A stretch of 64,000 nucleotides of DNA, taken from sequence record NZ_CP118990.1. The stretch is one strand, 5' to 3'. Below, one piece after another: positions 50,262 to 60,559 of the stretch. The DNA comes from a plasmid. Numbering within the stretch: the stretch's first letter is position 1; every line of letters starts with the position of its first letter. Below the pieces are notes generated by a model. The model searched no databases, was not told the origin of the DNA, and saw only the letters and a program-made list of their open reading frames with translations. The translations under genes were made by a program, and so were the position numbers.

Positions 50262-50281
50262 AATTTCACATGTGAAATTTT
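50262..50281. promoter_or_regulatory. 20-bp perfect palindrome AAATTTCACATGTGAAATTT (copy 1)
   Basis: Identical copy at 56916-56935. Upstream of traF. Confidence 0.5.
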
Positions 50282-50358
50282 TTTAAAACGCTCAATGCGC
50301 CCTTAATGGGCGCCAACACCTCTCTAGTTTCACACCTCGCCGCCCTACCATATAAAGC

Positions 50359-51396
50359 ATGGGAAAATACGCGCGTGAGATTATGAAACAATCACCTTTA
50401 AGCATCCTGCTTGTCACTGCACTTACTCTGGGTACCTCACTCCCGGCTTGGTCATTGGAGAGCCAATCCAGATTTTATGATCGCAAGGAAGAGGGCTGGT
50501 TTTGGTACAAGGAAGATCCCCCAGAGCCAGAGAAAAAACCCAAAAAGCCTGAGCCTAAACCAGTGGCCTCCGCCAAACCTGTACAGGCCCCCCCACCAGC
50601 CCCAGCCGCAATCCCAGGGCCAGAAATGTTCTCGGCCAAATGGTTCCGTGAAAACCTGCCCAAGTACAAAGATCTGGCATGGGATAACCCGACCATTGAA
50701 AACGTCCGGACCTTTTTGTACCTCCAACGCTTTGCTATTGACCGATCTGAACAATTTTCGGATACCACTGAGCTGGCTGTTGTGGGGGATCCCTTCCTGG
50801 ACGAAATCTCACGACGCCCCGCGGCCACATTCGCATCACAGCAAGTTGACCGAGATGCGGGCAATGCAAAGAACCAGCTTCTCAAAAGCGTCGCGAACCG
50901 GGTAGGCATCTTTTTCTTCTACAAGTCCGACGACGAATACAGCGACCTCCAGGCCCCGCTAGTCAAGATGCTTGAGCAGGGTGAGGGGTTCTCTATCGTG
51001 CCGGTCTCAATGGACGGTAGACCCCTCCCAAGTGGGCTGTTCCCGGCCTACAAAACCGATAAGGGCCATGCCAAGCGACTTGGCGTGATCACGTTCCCAG
51101 CTATCTATCTTGCCTCACCTGATGGGCAGTTCGCTCCTATCGGGCAAGGCCCCATGTCGCTCCCTGAGCTCAACCACCGAATACTGGTTGCCGCTAAGCG
51201 TAACGGTTGGGTATCCGACGACGAGTTCAACCAGACACGCCCGGTGCTTAACCTGGAGAACAATATTGCGGAGCGACTGGCCTCCCAGGAGCTCGGTTCC
51301 GATCTTCAAGAGCTTTCGCAGAGCAGTAGTGACAAAGACAACTTCATTCCACCCGATCAGTTGATGCAGTACATCCGGGGCAAATTACAGGAGTAA
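50359..51396 (+). CDS. traF: TraF-like conjugal pilus assembly protein (thioredoxin-like fold, F-type T4SS)
   Basis: Signal peptide. Pro-rich linker. C-terminal thioredoxin-like domain without CxxC. Followed by traH and traG. Confidence 0.6.
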   Translation: MGKYAREIMKQSPLSILLVTALTLGTSLPAWSLESQSRFYDRKEEGWFWYKEDPPEPEKKPKKPEPKPVASAKPVQAPPPAPAAIPGPEMFSAKWFRENLPKYKDLAWDNPTIENVRTFLYLQRFAIDRSEQFSDTTELAVVGDPFLDEISRRPAATFASQQVDRDAGNAKNQLLKSVANRVGIFFFYKSDDEYSDLQAPLVKMLEQGEGFSIVPVSMDGRPLPSGLFPAYKTDKGHAKRLGVITFPAIYLASPDGQFAPIGQGPMSLPELNHRILVAAKRNGWVSDDEFNQTRPVLNLENNIAERLASQELGSDLQELSQSSSDKDNFIPPDQLMQYIRGKLQE

Positions 51397-51399
51397 TAA

Positions 51400-52842
51400 A
51401 TGAACATAATGCAACACACAAGGAGGAGTACCCTCGCGCTTTGCATCGCGGTTGGCACCTTGATGATGACGGCTGATACTGCTGAGGCGCATGGGCTCCA
51501 GAGCGAGATGGATAAGCTCTTCGGCCAAATGAGCAACACCACGCCACCAGGCGTCTATGAAAGCCAGCGCCGCGGTGTACTGGCTGGTGGGCGCGTTACT
51601 GGCAAGGCGAAGATTTTTGATGAGAACATTGTCGCCTTTGCTCCGCCATCCTGGAAAGCCGGTTGTGGTGGTGTGGATCTCTTTGGGGGCTCACTGTCTT
51701 TCATTAATGCTGATCAAATCGTCCAGTTGCTGCGCTCAGTCGCGGCTAACGCCAAGGGGTACGCATTTCAGCTGGCCTTGGATAACGTTTTTCCAGATGG
51801 CGCCAAATGGATTGAGAACTTCCAGAAGAAAGTGCAGGCGCTGAATGAACACTTGGGCAACTCGTGTCAACTTGCCCAAGGCATTGTGAACGACGCCACC
51901 AGCAGTTTCGACATGCAACACAAAACCGATGCCTCCCTCAAAGCGACCACAACAGGCCTGTTCGAAGACTTCTTCGCCTCAAATACGCAAAGTACGGGCA
52001 AAAGTCCGATGGAAGAGCTCAAGGCCAACAAGCCGACCGAGTACAAAAAGCTGATCGGGAATATTGTCTGGAAGCAACTCAAGAGCAATAACACCAGTTC
52101 ATGGTTCTCCTACGGGGATAACACCTTACTTGAATCCATTATGTCTCTGACCGGTACAGTAATCATTGGGGACCTTATCAATGATCCCAACGCGACTGGA
52201 AATGGTGCAAAAACATCACCGCTGACCACCCTTCCTGGGAACAAAATTTCGCTGTCAGACCTGATCTCCGGTGGCTCAGTGAAAATTTATTCCTGTGGTA
52301 GCGACACCACAGACTGTTTAACTGCCGGTACCGCAGGTGGCGGCAATAAGACGATCGTGCTGAAAGGAATGCGCAACCAGATCACTGACATTCTGCTCGG
52401 CACAAGCTCCACACCGGGGGTCATTTATAAGTACGCAACAAACTCCGGCACTCTGACAGATCCAGAGAAAGCCTTCGTTTCAAACCTACCTGGTGGGATG
52501 GGGGCGATTGTCCGCAACCTGTCTGTGCTGTCTCAAGATGGTGCGAATCTCTTTGCAACCGAATCGTCAGGATCCATTGCTCTGGCAATGATGTACGGCT
52601 TCACCGAAGAGTTCTTCCGTGCAGCCAGGATCTCTTTGGCAAATAGCCAGTCCCCTTACAAAAAGGAAGCTCTCGATCTCCTCGACCAGTCGCAGCAACA
52701 GATACGAAGTGAATACAGCGTACTTGCTTCCCAATATGGCGACCTTTCAGACCAGATCTCGAAGTACAACAACCTTCTAGACAACATTCGCAAGCAGAAA
52801 TACATGCTGGCTACCGTGTCCAACCCTCCGACAACGAACTAA
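51400..52842 (+). CDS. traH: TraH (F-type T4SS pilus assembly protein)
   Basis: 480 aa, signal peptide. Conserved TraH block GCGGVDLFGGSLSFINADQIVQLLRSVAANAKGYAFQLAL. Confidence 0.8.
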   Translation: MNIMQHTRRSTLALCIAVGTLMMTADTAEAHGLQSEMDKLFGQMSNTTPPGVYESQRRGVLAGGRVTGKAKIFDENIVAFAPPSWKAGCGGVDLFGGSLSFINADQIVQLLRSVAANAKGYAFQLALDNVFPDGAKWIENFQKKVQALNEHLGNSCQLAQGIVNDATSSFDMQHKTDASLKATTTGLFEDFFASNTQSTGKSPMEELKANKPTEYKKLIGNIVWKQLKSNNTSSWFSYGDNTLLESIMSLTGTVIIGDLINDPNATGNGAKTSPLTTLPGNKISLSDLISGGSVKIYSCGSDTTDCLTAGTAGGGNKTIVLKGMRNQITDILLGTSSTPGVIYKYATNSGTLTDPEKAFVSNLPGGMGAIVRNLSVLSQDGANLFATESSGSIALAMMYGFTEEFFRAARISLANSQSPYKKEALDLLDQSQQQIRSEYSVLASQYGDLSDQISKYNNLLDNIRKQKYMLATVSNPPTTN

Positions 52843-52854
52843 GGAGCCAGTGAG

Positions 52855-55800
52855 ATGGGTACGTTCACAATCTACTCTATCGGTGACTCGGCATTTCTTG
52901 AGCAAATCCTGATTGCAGTGTCCATGATTACCGGCACTGGCGATTTCGAAAAGATGGTCTCCATTGGCCTACTGCTCGGTGTCTTGATGATCATGATCCA
53001 GTCGGTCTTTCAAGGAGCTAAGCAGATAAATATCCAGCAGATATTGGTCGGCTGGCTTATTTATGCCTGCTTTTTTGGCCCGAACACAACAGTAACAATA
53101 GAGGACGCCTATACAGGGCAAGTTCGCGTCGTGGCGAATGTTCCTCTCGGTGTGGGCTTCACTGGAGGGGTTATTTCCAACGTCGGTTATACCATCACCA
53201 ATCTCTTTGAGACTGGATATGGGGTGATCGTCCCTAACGTAACAGAAAGTCACTTTTCCGAGACGCTAAAGCTCCTCAATGACGTTCGTCGGCGGGCTTA
53301 CGATTCTGGGGTATTCACGGCGTTAAATGCCTCCAACGGTGGTGGCTATGTCGATGTACGCCGTTCCTGGAACAACTACATCCGCGAATGCACCCTGACC
53401 AAAGTTGATTTGAACCTTATGTCACTGGACGAACTGATGAATCGTTCAACTGACGCAGCACTGAGGTTCAACTCCCAGCTTTATGGCACACGCCTCTATC
53501 TATCCACCTCAAATCCCGATGGGGCGGATTACACCTGCACCGAGGGATGGGTAGCCATCAGCAATGCCACAGCCAACCTGAATAGCCCCTTGGTAGTAGA
53601 AGCACTGAACAACTTACTTGGTCTAGATCCCGCATCCGGGGATAACTCCTTCACCAAAATTTCAGACTCACTCCAGGCTCTGGGAGCAACAACAACCTCC
53701 GCCTTTGATTACATCAAAGCCGCAGTGCTAGAGCCGCTCTACTATGAAGCGGCCTCAGGTCGTTACCAGGACCTACAGGACTTTAGCTCCGCTCTGATGA
53801 TCAATCAGGCAGTTCAACAGCGGAACACTCAATGGGCGGCAGAGCAAACCATGTTCATGACCGTTGTTCGCCCAATGCTGACCTTCTTTGAGGGATTCAT
53901 CTACGCCATCACACCGATCATCGCCTTTATCATCGTCATGGGTAGTTTCGGGGTACAGTTGGCCGGGAAGTATGTTCAGACCATACTTTGGATTCAGCTG
54001 TGGATGCCTGTGCTCTCCATTATTAACCTATTCGTGCACACTGCCGCGACAAACCAGATGGCGAGCCTAAGTGCTAATGGACTCAATTCCATGTATGCGC
54101 TGTCATCGAGCGGTGATGTGCTGCAACACTGGATCGCCACAGGCGGAATGCTTGCAGCGTCAACACCTATTATCTCGCTATTCATCGTTTCTGGTAGCAC
54201 CTATGCGTTCACAAGCTTGGCATCGAAGATCGGCGGTGGTGACCATGTTGACGAGAAGCTGAATACGCCAGATGTCCTCAAGCAAGGACCCTTGATGCAA
54301 GCTCAACCGGGGTTCAATCAAAATCAATTCAGTGGAACCCTTGCCAGTGGGGCCGAAGGCATGATCAGCACCTTGTCCCTAGGTTCGAATATGGCTTCCG
54401 GGGTCAGCTCCTCTCAGGCAAATCAGAAACAAGCATCAGAGGCTTTCCAGAGCAACCTTACCCGCGGCTTCTCAGATGGGACGAGTCAGGCTCAAACCTA
54501 CTCCCGGCTCTCTAATGTCGGACGCACCATCTCATCCCTGGGGACCGAACAGAGTTCACTTGTTGACCAGCAAGCGAAGAACTTCATGGAAAAATTCGGG
54601 GTGGACCAGTCCCATTCCGATGCGGTTAAAGGAGCTGTTGCAATGCAGGCGTCGGGATCCATTGACGCAGGTAAATTCGCACAGATGCTGATGCCGTTTG
54701 TCGGAAAGGCAGCAGGAGCAGCGGCCGGGAAAGGGGGCGACAGCCCTGTCGATGTGAAAGCGGGTGTAACTGGAAGCAGCACCTCCTCAGCGGATGACTC
54801 AACGACGTGGACATCTGGTGACGTTACTCAATTCGCAAAAGGCATCAACTACTCACAAACAGACAGCCAGGCACTTACAAACCAACTGGCGCAAGGTTTC
54901 AGTCGCTCAGGTGGAGAGAGCTTCTCCCATACCTGGGGCGATTCTCTGTCACAGAATTTATCGAAGTCAGCCTCGGAAGTGGTATCAGCCTCAAACTCCT
55001 TCAACACAATGAGCCAGCTTCAAAACCAAGTGGGCTCGATGACCAACACCGACTTCAAGACGCTTGGGGGCGCAGTCGCTCAGTCACCAGCAGCAATGGG
55101 CCAGCTCAATGAATATTTCCGTAATGCTGCACCTACCGCAGTCAAAGATGAAGCTGGTTCGCTAGAGCAGCGTTACCGGTCCTATGGCATGTCGCCTGAG
55201 GTAGCTCAGTCCGCAGCGAGAATGACGGCCATGACCAACCCCTCAAACTACGAGCCGGGTAAAGAGCTCGGCGGATTCCAGTCTGCACTACAGGCTATCA
55301 ACACAGCTTCTGGGCGGGCTTCTGGTTATAGTGGTGATGCTTACGCAAACAGTGGTCTCAGCACCCCGAACGTTTCTGGCCTACCAAGCCAGGTGCAGGG
55401 GGCCGTAGGCGCAGGGCCGAACATTGGGCCTGACTTCCGTGGAAACACAGCTGCCACAGCAGGGATGAACCCAGAATCTGAGGTTGGCCAACTTCCAAAC
55501 AACAGTCCTATTGTTCAGCAAGAACATCAGTCTCGTGCTGGCTCACTCGACAGCAAAGCGCAAGACACTGAGCGAAGACTATCAGCTCCAGAGGTTCAAA
55601 ACGCTCGGGACAACCTGTTAAACGCACTCCCCCCTATGTCCTGGACGGCATCAGGCTGGGGATCAATGGATAACGGTAGTGATTGGATGAGCCGCGCAGG
55701 AAAATCACTGATCGCAGGAGGCGAGGCTGGCGGGGCTGCATTTACTCAAGTAACAGACCAGATGCGAACCATGACGCCAGAACAACGAGACGAGTTCATC

Positions 55801-56409
55801 GCGACCACACAGCGAGGCGATGATGCTCTGCAAGAACAGTATGGCTGGCAAGGTGAAGCCCTTGTTGGAGCGGCCAAACTGGGTCGAGGCATAATGGGAG
55901 CAACGGCCACCGGTTATGATGCAGCAAAGGAATGGATGACAGGTAATTCAGACCTTTCAGAAGCTGCTAAAGGGATGAATCTCGAACAACGCGGAGCCTT
56001 CTATGCCTCTGCTCTTACTGCGGCGACAGAAGCTGGAGTCGATACTACCCAACAATTTATGCAGCAGTACGGGAATGAGTATAAGGAAACTATGCAATCC
56101 ATCGCACAAAGTCATTATGGTCTGAGCCAAAATCAGGCCGCAGTATTTGGGCAATCATTCAGCACCGATAAGGGGCAGATGGATCAAGCAGTCAATAATC
56201 TGAAAATGGAATATGCCGAACGAAATCCGGATGGCTCACCCATGATAGAAAATGGGGTGCCGGTTCTGTCACAGCAGAATGAAGAGTTTACAAACCAGAT
56301 GGTAAACGTCTTGCAGAATGCTTCCAATGCAGGGGATCGCGCTGGCAGTTACCTAACACCGATTAGAGGATATAACATCACAGAACGAGGCTTAGATTCG
56401 AAGCATTAA
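52855..56409 (+). CDS. traG: TraG (F-type T4SS mating-pair stabilisation protein)
   Basis: 1184 aa. N-terminal polytopic membrane domain, then a long Gly/Ser/Ala-rich periplasmic domain. Confidence 0.85.
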   Translation: MGTFTIYSIGDSAFLEQILIAVSMITGTGDFEKMVSIGLLLGVLMIMIQSVFQGAKQINIQQILVGWLIYACFFGPNTTVTIEDAYTGQVRVVANVPLGVGFTGGVISNVGYTITNLFETGYGVIVPNVTESHFSETLKLLNDVRRRAYDSGVFTALNASNGGGYVDVRRSWNNYIRECTLTKVDLNLMSLDELMNRSTDAALRFNSQLYGTRLYLSTSNPDGADYTCTEGWVAISNATANLNSPLVVEALNNLLGLDPASGDNSFTKISDSLQALGATTTSAFDYIKAAVLEPLYYEAASGRYQDLQDFSSALMINQAVQQRNTQWAAEQTMFMTVVRPMLTFFEGFIYAITPIIAFIIVMGSFGVQLAGKYVQTILWIQLWMPVLSIINLFVHTAATNQMASLSANGLNSMYALSSSGDVLQHWIATGGMLAASTPIISLFIVSGSTYAFTSLASKIGGGDHVDEKLNTPDVLKQGPLMQAQPGFNQNQFSGTLASGAEGMISTLSLGSNMASGVSSSQANQKQASEAFQSNLTRGFSDGTSQAQTYSRLSNVGRTISSLGTEQSSLVDQQAKNFMEKFGVDQSHSDAVKGAVAMQASGSIDAGKFAQMLMPFVGKAAGAAAGKGGDSPVDVKAGVTGSSTSSADDSTTWTSGDVTQFAKGINYSQTDSQALTNQLAQGFSRSGGESFSHTWGDSLSQNLSKSASEVVSASNSFNTMSQLQNQVGSMTNTDFKTLGGAVAQSPAAMGQLNEYFRNAAPTAVKDEAGSLEQRYRSYGMSPEVAQSAARMTAMTNPSNYEPGKELGGFQSALQAINTASGRASGYSGDAYANSGLSTPNVSGLPSQVQGAVGAGPNIGPDFRGNTAATAGMNPESEVGQLPNNSPIVQQEHQSRAGSLDSKAQDTERRLSAPEVQNARDNLLNALPPMSWTASGWGSMDNGSDWMSRAGKSLIAGGEAGGAAFTQVTDQMRTMTPEQRDEFIATTQRGDDALQEQYGWQGEALVGAAKLGRGIMGATATGYDAAKEWMTGNSDLSEAAKGMNLEQRGAFYASALTAATEAGVDTTQQFMQQYGNEYKETMQSIAQSHYGLSQNQAAVFGQSFSTDKGQMDQAVNNLKMEYAERNPDGSPMIENGVPVLSQQNEEFTNQMVNVLQNASNAGDRAGSYLTPIRGYNITERGLDSKH

Positions 56410-56412
56410 ATT

Positions 56413-56441
56413 AAAAGGGGCCATCGGCCCCTTTTTTTTAC
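56413..56441. terminator. Bidirectional rho-independent terminator between convergent traG and 56461-56895 gene
   Basis: aaaaGGGGCCatcGGCCCCtttttttt. Confidence 0.7.
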
Positions 56442-56460
56442 CCTCTAAGCGTCACGCAGT

Positions 56461-56895
56461 TCATTCACCCCAACGAGCTTTTTCAACTAGGTCAATAGAA
56501 AGAGGACCATTGACGCCATCAATCGTTTTCGACTTGGAGCCACGAAGATCCACGCCCTCTCTTCTCGCCTTTATGAGGGCACGAACAATGGCAACCAAAA
56601 TCAACATGCCCAAGGCAAGTTGCCATTGGAAATAAGCCACTCCACCCAGTAGAACAAGTGAAGCCCATAAGCTTTTATTCACCAACACAAAGAAGTTGGC
56701 ACTCCAGACCATGAGCGGGCCTAGCACGAAAACCAACCCCCAAGGTGTATCTGACATCATCGGGATACCCAGCAGCACAGACGCTAGGAGCAAAATGTTA
56801 ACCACATTCCTCATCACGCTCTCCCTCTTGCTTCCATCTATCTCGATTTTACCACAGTCGCATAAAATGCAACCATGATACAGGCAGGTCCTCAA
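56461..56895 (-). CDS. Small integral membrane protein
   Basis: Probable start MRNVVNILLL at 56815. Three to four hydrophobic helices. Confidence 0.4.
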   Translation of the reverse strand: MRTCLYHGCILCDCGKIEIDGSKRESVMRNVVNILLLASVLLGIPMMSDTPWGLVFVLGPLMVWSANFFVLVNKSLWASLVLLGGVAYFQWQLALGMLILVAIVRALIKARREGVDLRGSKSKTIDGVNGPLSIDLVEKARWGE

Positions 56896-56915
56896 CCACT
56901 GCCGCCAAAAATTTC

Positions 56916-56935
56916 ACATGTGAAATTTTTTTGAG
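56916..56935. promoter_or_regulatory. 20-bp perfect palindrome AAATTTCACATGTGAAATTT (copy 2)
   Basis: Identical to 50262-50281. Upstream of the minus-strand membrane-protein gene. Confidence 0.5.
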
Positions 56936-57516
56936 AAACGAGGCATTACCAATACTGACAACTCATTACATTCTTGAACACGTCAATAGGATCCGATATG
57001 CTACTTCACAGGCCATTGCTAACGCTTTGGCTCCCCTCTGACAATAGCAGAGCCCCGATCCATAACGCATCCCCTTTCCAGTTCATCCGTCTTTGGATGA
57101 CCGTATTCATTTTTTACCCCATCAGCAAGTAACTTTGCCTCCCCCAAGATAACTTTGTCTTGGTAAAACATTATATCTTCCCCATCAAGCAAGAAACTCT
57201 GTTTCGCTGTAACAAACTTCGCTGTTTTCGCTCACGCGAGATCGCACTTTGTCCCCATAAAACATTAATGAAGAGTGAAAAAATCACACTCTCATAGCCT
57301 CAATGTTCTCAAATCCAATAACTAAGAAAAGCATCAGCAATACTTGGTTATTTGTCTATTTCAAATAGTTCACAATGTTGACAGTATCAATATTTGGACT
57401 TATAAATGTTGACGAAAAAATTGTCAGTTTATGTTTTCAGATTAGCTCAGAATCACGCAGCAGAAAAACTCAGTTTAGGCTTATAAAAAGATGCCATTAG
57501 GCGCATTGGGGTAACA

Positions 57517-57795
57517 ATGGATAAATCAAGTATGAGCAGCAAGAGCTGCTCAGAGGTACCTCACGACCTCGAAAAAAAACGCGAGTGGATCAAGTACCAA
57601 CTCAAGATAAAAGGGCTCTCCCTGGCAGAGATTGGACGTAAGCACAACATCTCTCGCCAAGTTGTTTCGACTGCCCTGTACCGCCCCAGCCCCCGATGGG
57701 AGCATGAAATCGCCTCTGCGCTAGACATGCTACCGTTCGAGTTATGGCCGGAGCGATATGACAATCTGGGTATCCCACTCAGGGAGGCGAGCTGA
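57517..57795 (+). CDS. Ner/Nlp-family small DNA-binding regulator
   Basis: EWIKYQLKIKGLSLAEIGRKHNISRQVVSTALYRPSPRWEHEIASALDMLPFELWPERY matches Ner-like HTH proteins. Confidence 0.6.
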   Translation: MDKSSMSSKSCSEVPHDLEKKREWIKYQLKIKGLSLAEIGRKHNISRQVVSTALYRPSPRWEHEIASALDMLPFELWPERYDNLGIPLREAS

Positions 57796-58337
57796 TGCAA
57801 CGGAAAGCGGCCTGCGCGATTTTTATGATCGCATCTGCAATATGGTCTTCATCCACACACGCCATCAACCTGGCTGGCACCTCTTTCGACAGAGCGGCCA
57901 AACGGTACAAGCTGGATCCTCTACTGGTCTACTCGATCGCGCTGGCTGAATCAGCATCTGGCCGTGGGGACGGAAAGGTGGGGCCGTGGCAGTGGACCCT
58001 AAGAGGCCCTCATGGTCCATTTTATGGGCAAAACCAGCAGGATACCCGAGCGAAATTTTTAGAATATCGCCGTCTTTACGGAAAAAAATTCGACGTTGGG
58101 ATCATGCAGATCAATTTGCACTGGAACGGCCATCGGGTGACGTCCTACGAGGACCTCCTTGACCAGGAGCAGAACATCACGACTGGTGCAGAGGTGCTGT
58201 CAGAGGCTATCGAATCCTCCCCCGGAGATCTCGAACTGGGCATTGGCCGGTACCACAATTGGGACGACGAGCTAAGAGCCAGAAACTACGGTTCTCGCAT
58301 ACTGGCTATTTGGCGCAATCTCAGAGACCTGGAGTGA
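57795..58337 (+). CDS. Lytic transglycosylase (SLT-domain, conjugation-associated)
   Basis: Signal peptide. LVYSIALAESASG (catalytic Glu-Ser motif). GIMQIN. Confidence 0.7.
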   Translation: MQRKAACAIFMIASAIWSSSTHAINLAGTSFDRAAKRYKLDPLLVYSIALAESASGRGDGKVGPWQWTLRGPHGPFYGQNQQDTRAKFLEYRRLYGKKFDVGIMQINLHWNGHRVTSYEDLLDQEQNITTGAEVLSEAIESSPGDLELGIGRYHNWDDELRARNYGSRILAIWRNLRDLE

Positions 58338-58340
58338 CAC

Positions 58341-58943
58341 ATGGATCTGGACATTATTAGCACTCTGGATATGCGGTCCCTGACTATGGAAGATGAGACC
58401 GCCGACCCCAACGTCTACGAGTTTGATTACACACTCTGGAATCTGCTCAGTACGCTCTCGCAGTCGCATCCTGATATGGCAGCGAGCCAGTTCTCACTCA
58501 GCATAAGGACGATCGGTAAACTCGCATCGGCCACACCTGCGCAACTCAAGGAACTAGCGTCAGGCGTTTGCTTGTCATTCAAGCTCAAGACCTCGGAATG
58601 CAGCATCATCAAAATTCTCGGAGAGAGATACGACCCGGCCATTGCCATCAGGCGCTCACTGGACGAGTTCGATGCGGCGTATTGGCTCTTGGTAAATCGG
58701 ATGGCATTACGGGATCTTGAGATCGCAAGAGAGATTTTTGGTATTTCGTATGAGCTGGCAAGTGCTGTTGCAAAGGCAACCGATAGCCAACTTAGGCAGA
58801 TGGCTGCGACCACGGTAACACGAATAGGTCTGCGTTGTTCCGCATCCGTTATCGAAGAAATTCTTGAAGAAGGTCGGGAGGACATAACGCATCCCCTGCT
58901 GAAAAAAATTCAACAATCTCTGGGTCAAGGAGGATTTAGATGA
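58341..58943 (+). CDS. Hypothetical regulator, possible FlhD/SetD/AcaD-like partner of the downstream FlhC-like protein
   Basis: 200 aa. Translationally coupled (ATGA) to the FlhC-like gene. Assignment by position only. Confidence 0.3.
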   Translation: MDLDIISTLDMRSLTMEDETADPNVYEFDYTLWNLLSTLSQSHPDMAASQFSLSIRTIGKLASATPAQLKELASGVCLSFKLKTSECSIIKILGERYDPAIAIRRSLDEFDAAYWLLVNRMALRDLEIAREIFGISYELASAVAKATDSQLRQMAATTVTRIGLRCSASVIEEILEEGREDITHPLLKKIQQSLGQGGFR

Positions 58944-59506
58944 TCACTGGTGGTTCAGGCCTAGGGCAGTTAATTACAGCTCGACATATGGTGCTCGCTG
59001 GTTACATCAACTACGTCATCACATTAGAGACTGGGCTGACATACAAACAAATCCGCAAGCTACGGCAAGAACTGAAAGGAGAGGGTTTCACCGTAAACCA
59101 ATCCAAATCGCGGGCAGTGAGAGGTGGGGCCACTCTGATACACAGCCATTCATCTAAAATCCAGGCGTCACTCCTGATGCAGTTGTACTCAAATATTGGT
59201 GGCTCCAGTGTTGTGCGATCCATTAATGTGGCGGCCTTGGGCAAGGCATTTCGGATGTATCATGCCATCCGCAAGGAAATCCCTGGGCTAAATGGCACTC
59301 GATGGGAAGCATTCGATATTAGCGATGCGTGGTGCCTGGCAAAAGAGCTACGAACTGGGGATGCAATGATGGAATTGTGCAAGCATTGCAATTGCACCTA
59401 CTTCACGTCTTTCAACCAGAGAACATGTGTAGAGTGCCCCTACTGTAAGGAGCAATCGCCGCTGAAAGACAGCTTAGATAACGAAACTGATAAGGAGTGC
59501 GCATAA
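58940..59506 (+). CDS. FlhC/SetC/AcaC-like transcriptional activator subunit
   Basis: 188 aa. C-terminal Cys4 zinc site CKHCNCTYFTSFNQRTCVECPYC, as in FlhC (CNCCGG...CSLC). Confidence 0.5.
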   Translation: MITGGSGLGQLITARHMVLAGYINYVITLETGLTYKQIRKLRQELKGEGFTVNQSKSRAVRGGATLIHSHSSKIQASLLMQLYSNIGGSSVVRSINVAALGKAFRMYHAIRKEIPGLNGTRWEAFDISDAWCLAKELRTGDAMMELCKHCNCTYFTSFNQRTCVECPYCKEQSPLKDSLDNETDKECA

Positions 59507-59560
59507 ATCTACAGGCATGTCGGCCATCAAATAAATAAGCGCCATCAGCGCTTATTTATT

Positions 59561-60025
59561 TTAGCTCTTCACTGGCACTCTATATCGCTCTAGCTCCACG
59601 GCGCCAAGCCCTTTGAAAACATCTGGGCGACGGCCCTGTCCACTCCAAGGTACACCATCTTTAATATATTTGGCATTGTCAGACTCAGATTTACCAACAA
59701 TAATTTCATTCAAATACTGAATATCAACACCGCGAGCGTTCATATCAATTATTATTTTTTCGGCCTCTGCTCTTCGTATTTTATCAAGCTCATCTCGATT
59801 TTTTTGATCAGATTCCAGCTCTGAATAAACCGCTTCCAAACGATCAATAATCTCCCTAAACTCATGCAGAGGAATTCCTCTCATTAATATTAGGACGCGA
59901 TGTTTTCTTTTAAGCTCAGAAATAACAAGCTCACGTCTCTCCGATGCTGAAAGATTAATAAGTTCATTTTTATGCCCTTCCTTGCTCAAGCCTTTTTTTT
60001 CATCTTCTACATTACTTTTATTCAT
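59561..60025 (-). CDS. H-NS-family nucleoid-associated protein (plasmid-borne)
   Basis: C-terminal PWSGQGRRP matches the H-NS DNA-binding motif TW(T/S)GQGR.P. Coiled-coil N-terminus. Confidence 0.55.
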   Translation of the reverse strand: MNKSNVEDEKKGLSKEGHKNELINLSASERRELVISELKRKHRVLILMRGIPLHEFREIIDRLEAVYSELESDQKNRDELDKIRRAEAEKIIIDMNARGVDIQYLNEIIVGKSESDNAKYIKDGVPWSGQGRRPDVFKGLGAVELERYRVPVKS

Positions 60026-60321
60026 ACTGAACCTAATAATGAATCTTTCAGTGACTGCCTCTTTGAATTAATTCCATCATTCTCAAGCGTCACAGGTGGA
60101 TGTACAGGTGGTAAAGCTGACGTAGACAACTCGGGAGTCGTCATTCTGACAGAAATTTGAAGAGAATACAGACCCAAGAGAGCAAGAGCGCGTAGCCTAT
60201 CGCTACGCGCTTTATGGTGCATCTTAGAAAGCTCTGCATGAAGCTCCGGAAAAGCCTGATCCGAAATGTTCAGGTTTGAGATTTTTCCATCCCACTTATC
60301 TCCTGGCATAGTGACCTCCAT
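60022..60321 (-). CDS. Hypothetical protein; possible ParR/StbB-like partner downstream of parM
   Basis: 99 aa. Position only. Confidence 0.3.
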   Translation of the reverse strand: MEVTMPGDKWDGKISNLNISDQAFPELHAELSKMHHKARSDRLRALALLGLYSLQISVRMTTPELSTSALPPVHPPVTLENDGINSKRQSLKDSLLGSV

Positions 60322-60339
60322 CAGTTACAGAACAAAATA

Positions 60340-60526
60340 TTAGCCGCAGAACCAGAATCCTTTGGCATTCGCAATAAGAGGGTCACCGGTCATAACAATC
60401 CGGCTTTTCGGGAAAAGCTCTTTTGCTGCGGCCTTATAAGCCTCGGCTCCGCCGCCAGCAAGCAAAACCACATCAGCGTCCATGCCGTCCTCCCGCATCG
60501 AAGTTCGCATTTGGATTAACGCTGGA
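60340..60526 (-). pseudogene. parM: parM/stbA 3' fragment (separated from 5' part by IS3-family insertion)
   Basis: C-terminus DVVLLAGGGAEAYKAAAKELFPKSRIVMTGDPLIANAKGFWFCG. The GGGA motif is typical of actin-like ATPases. Confidence 0.5.
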
Positions 60527-60559
60527 TTTGACCCCATAGATCCAGACACTTTTTCCCGC

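Noticed and set aside
50262-50281. Reading the 20-bp palindrome as a CRP site or an intrinsic terminator
   Set aside because: Half-sites TCACA/TGTGA are abutting rather than separated by 6 bp, so not CRP-like. Stem is A/T-rich with no loop, so terminator function is unlikely. The promoter-proximal position of both copies favours an operator.
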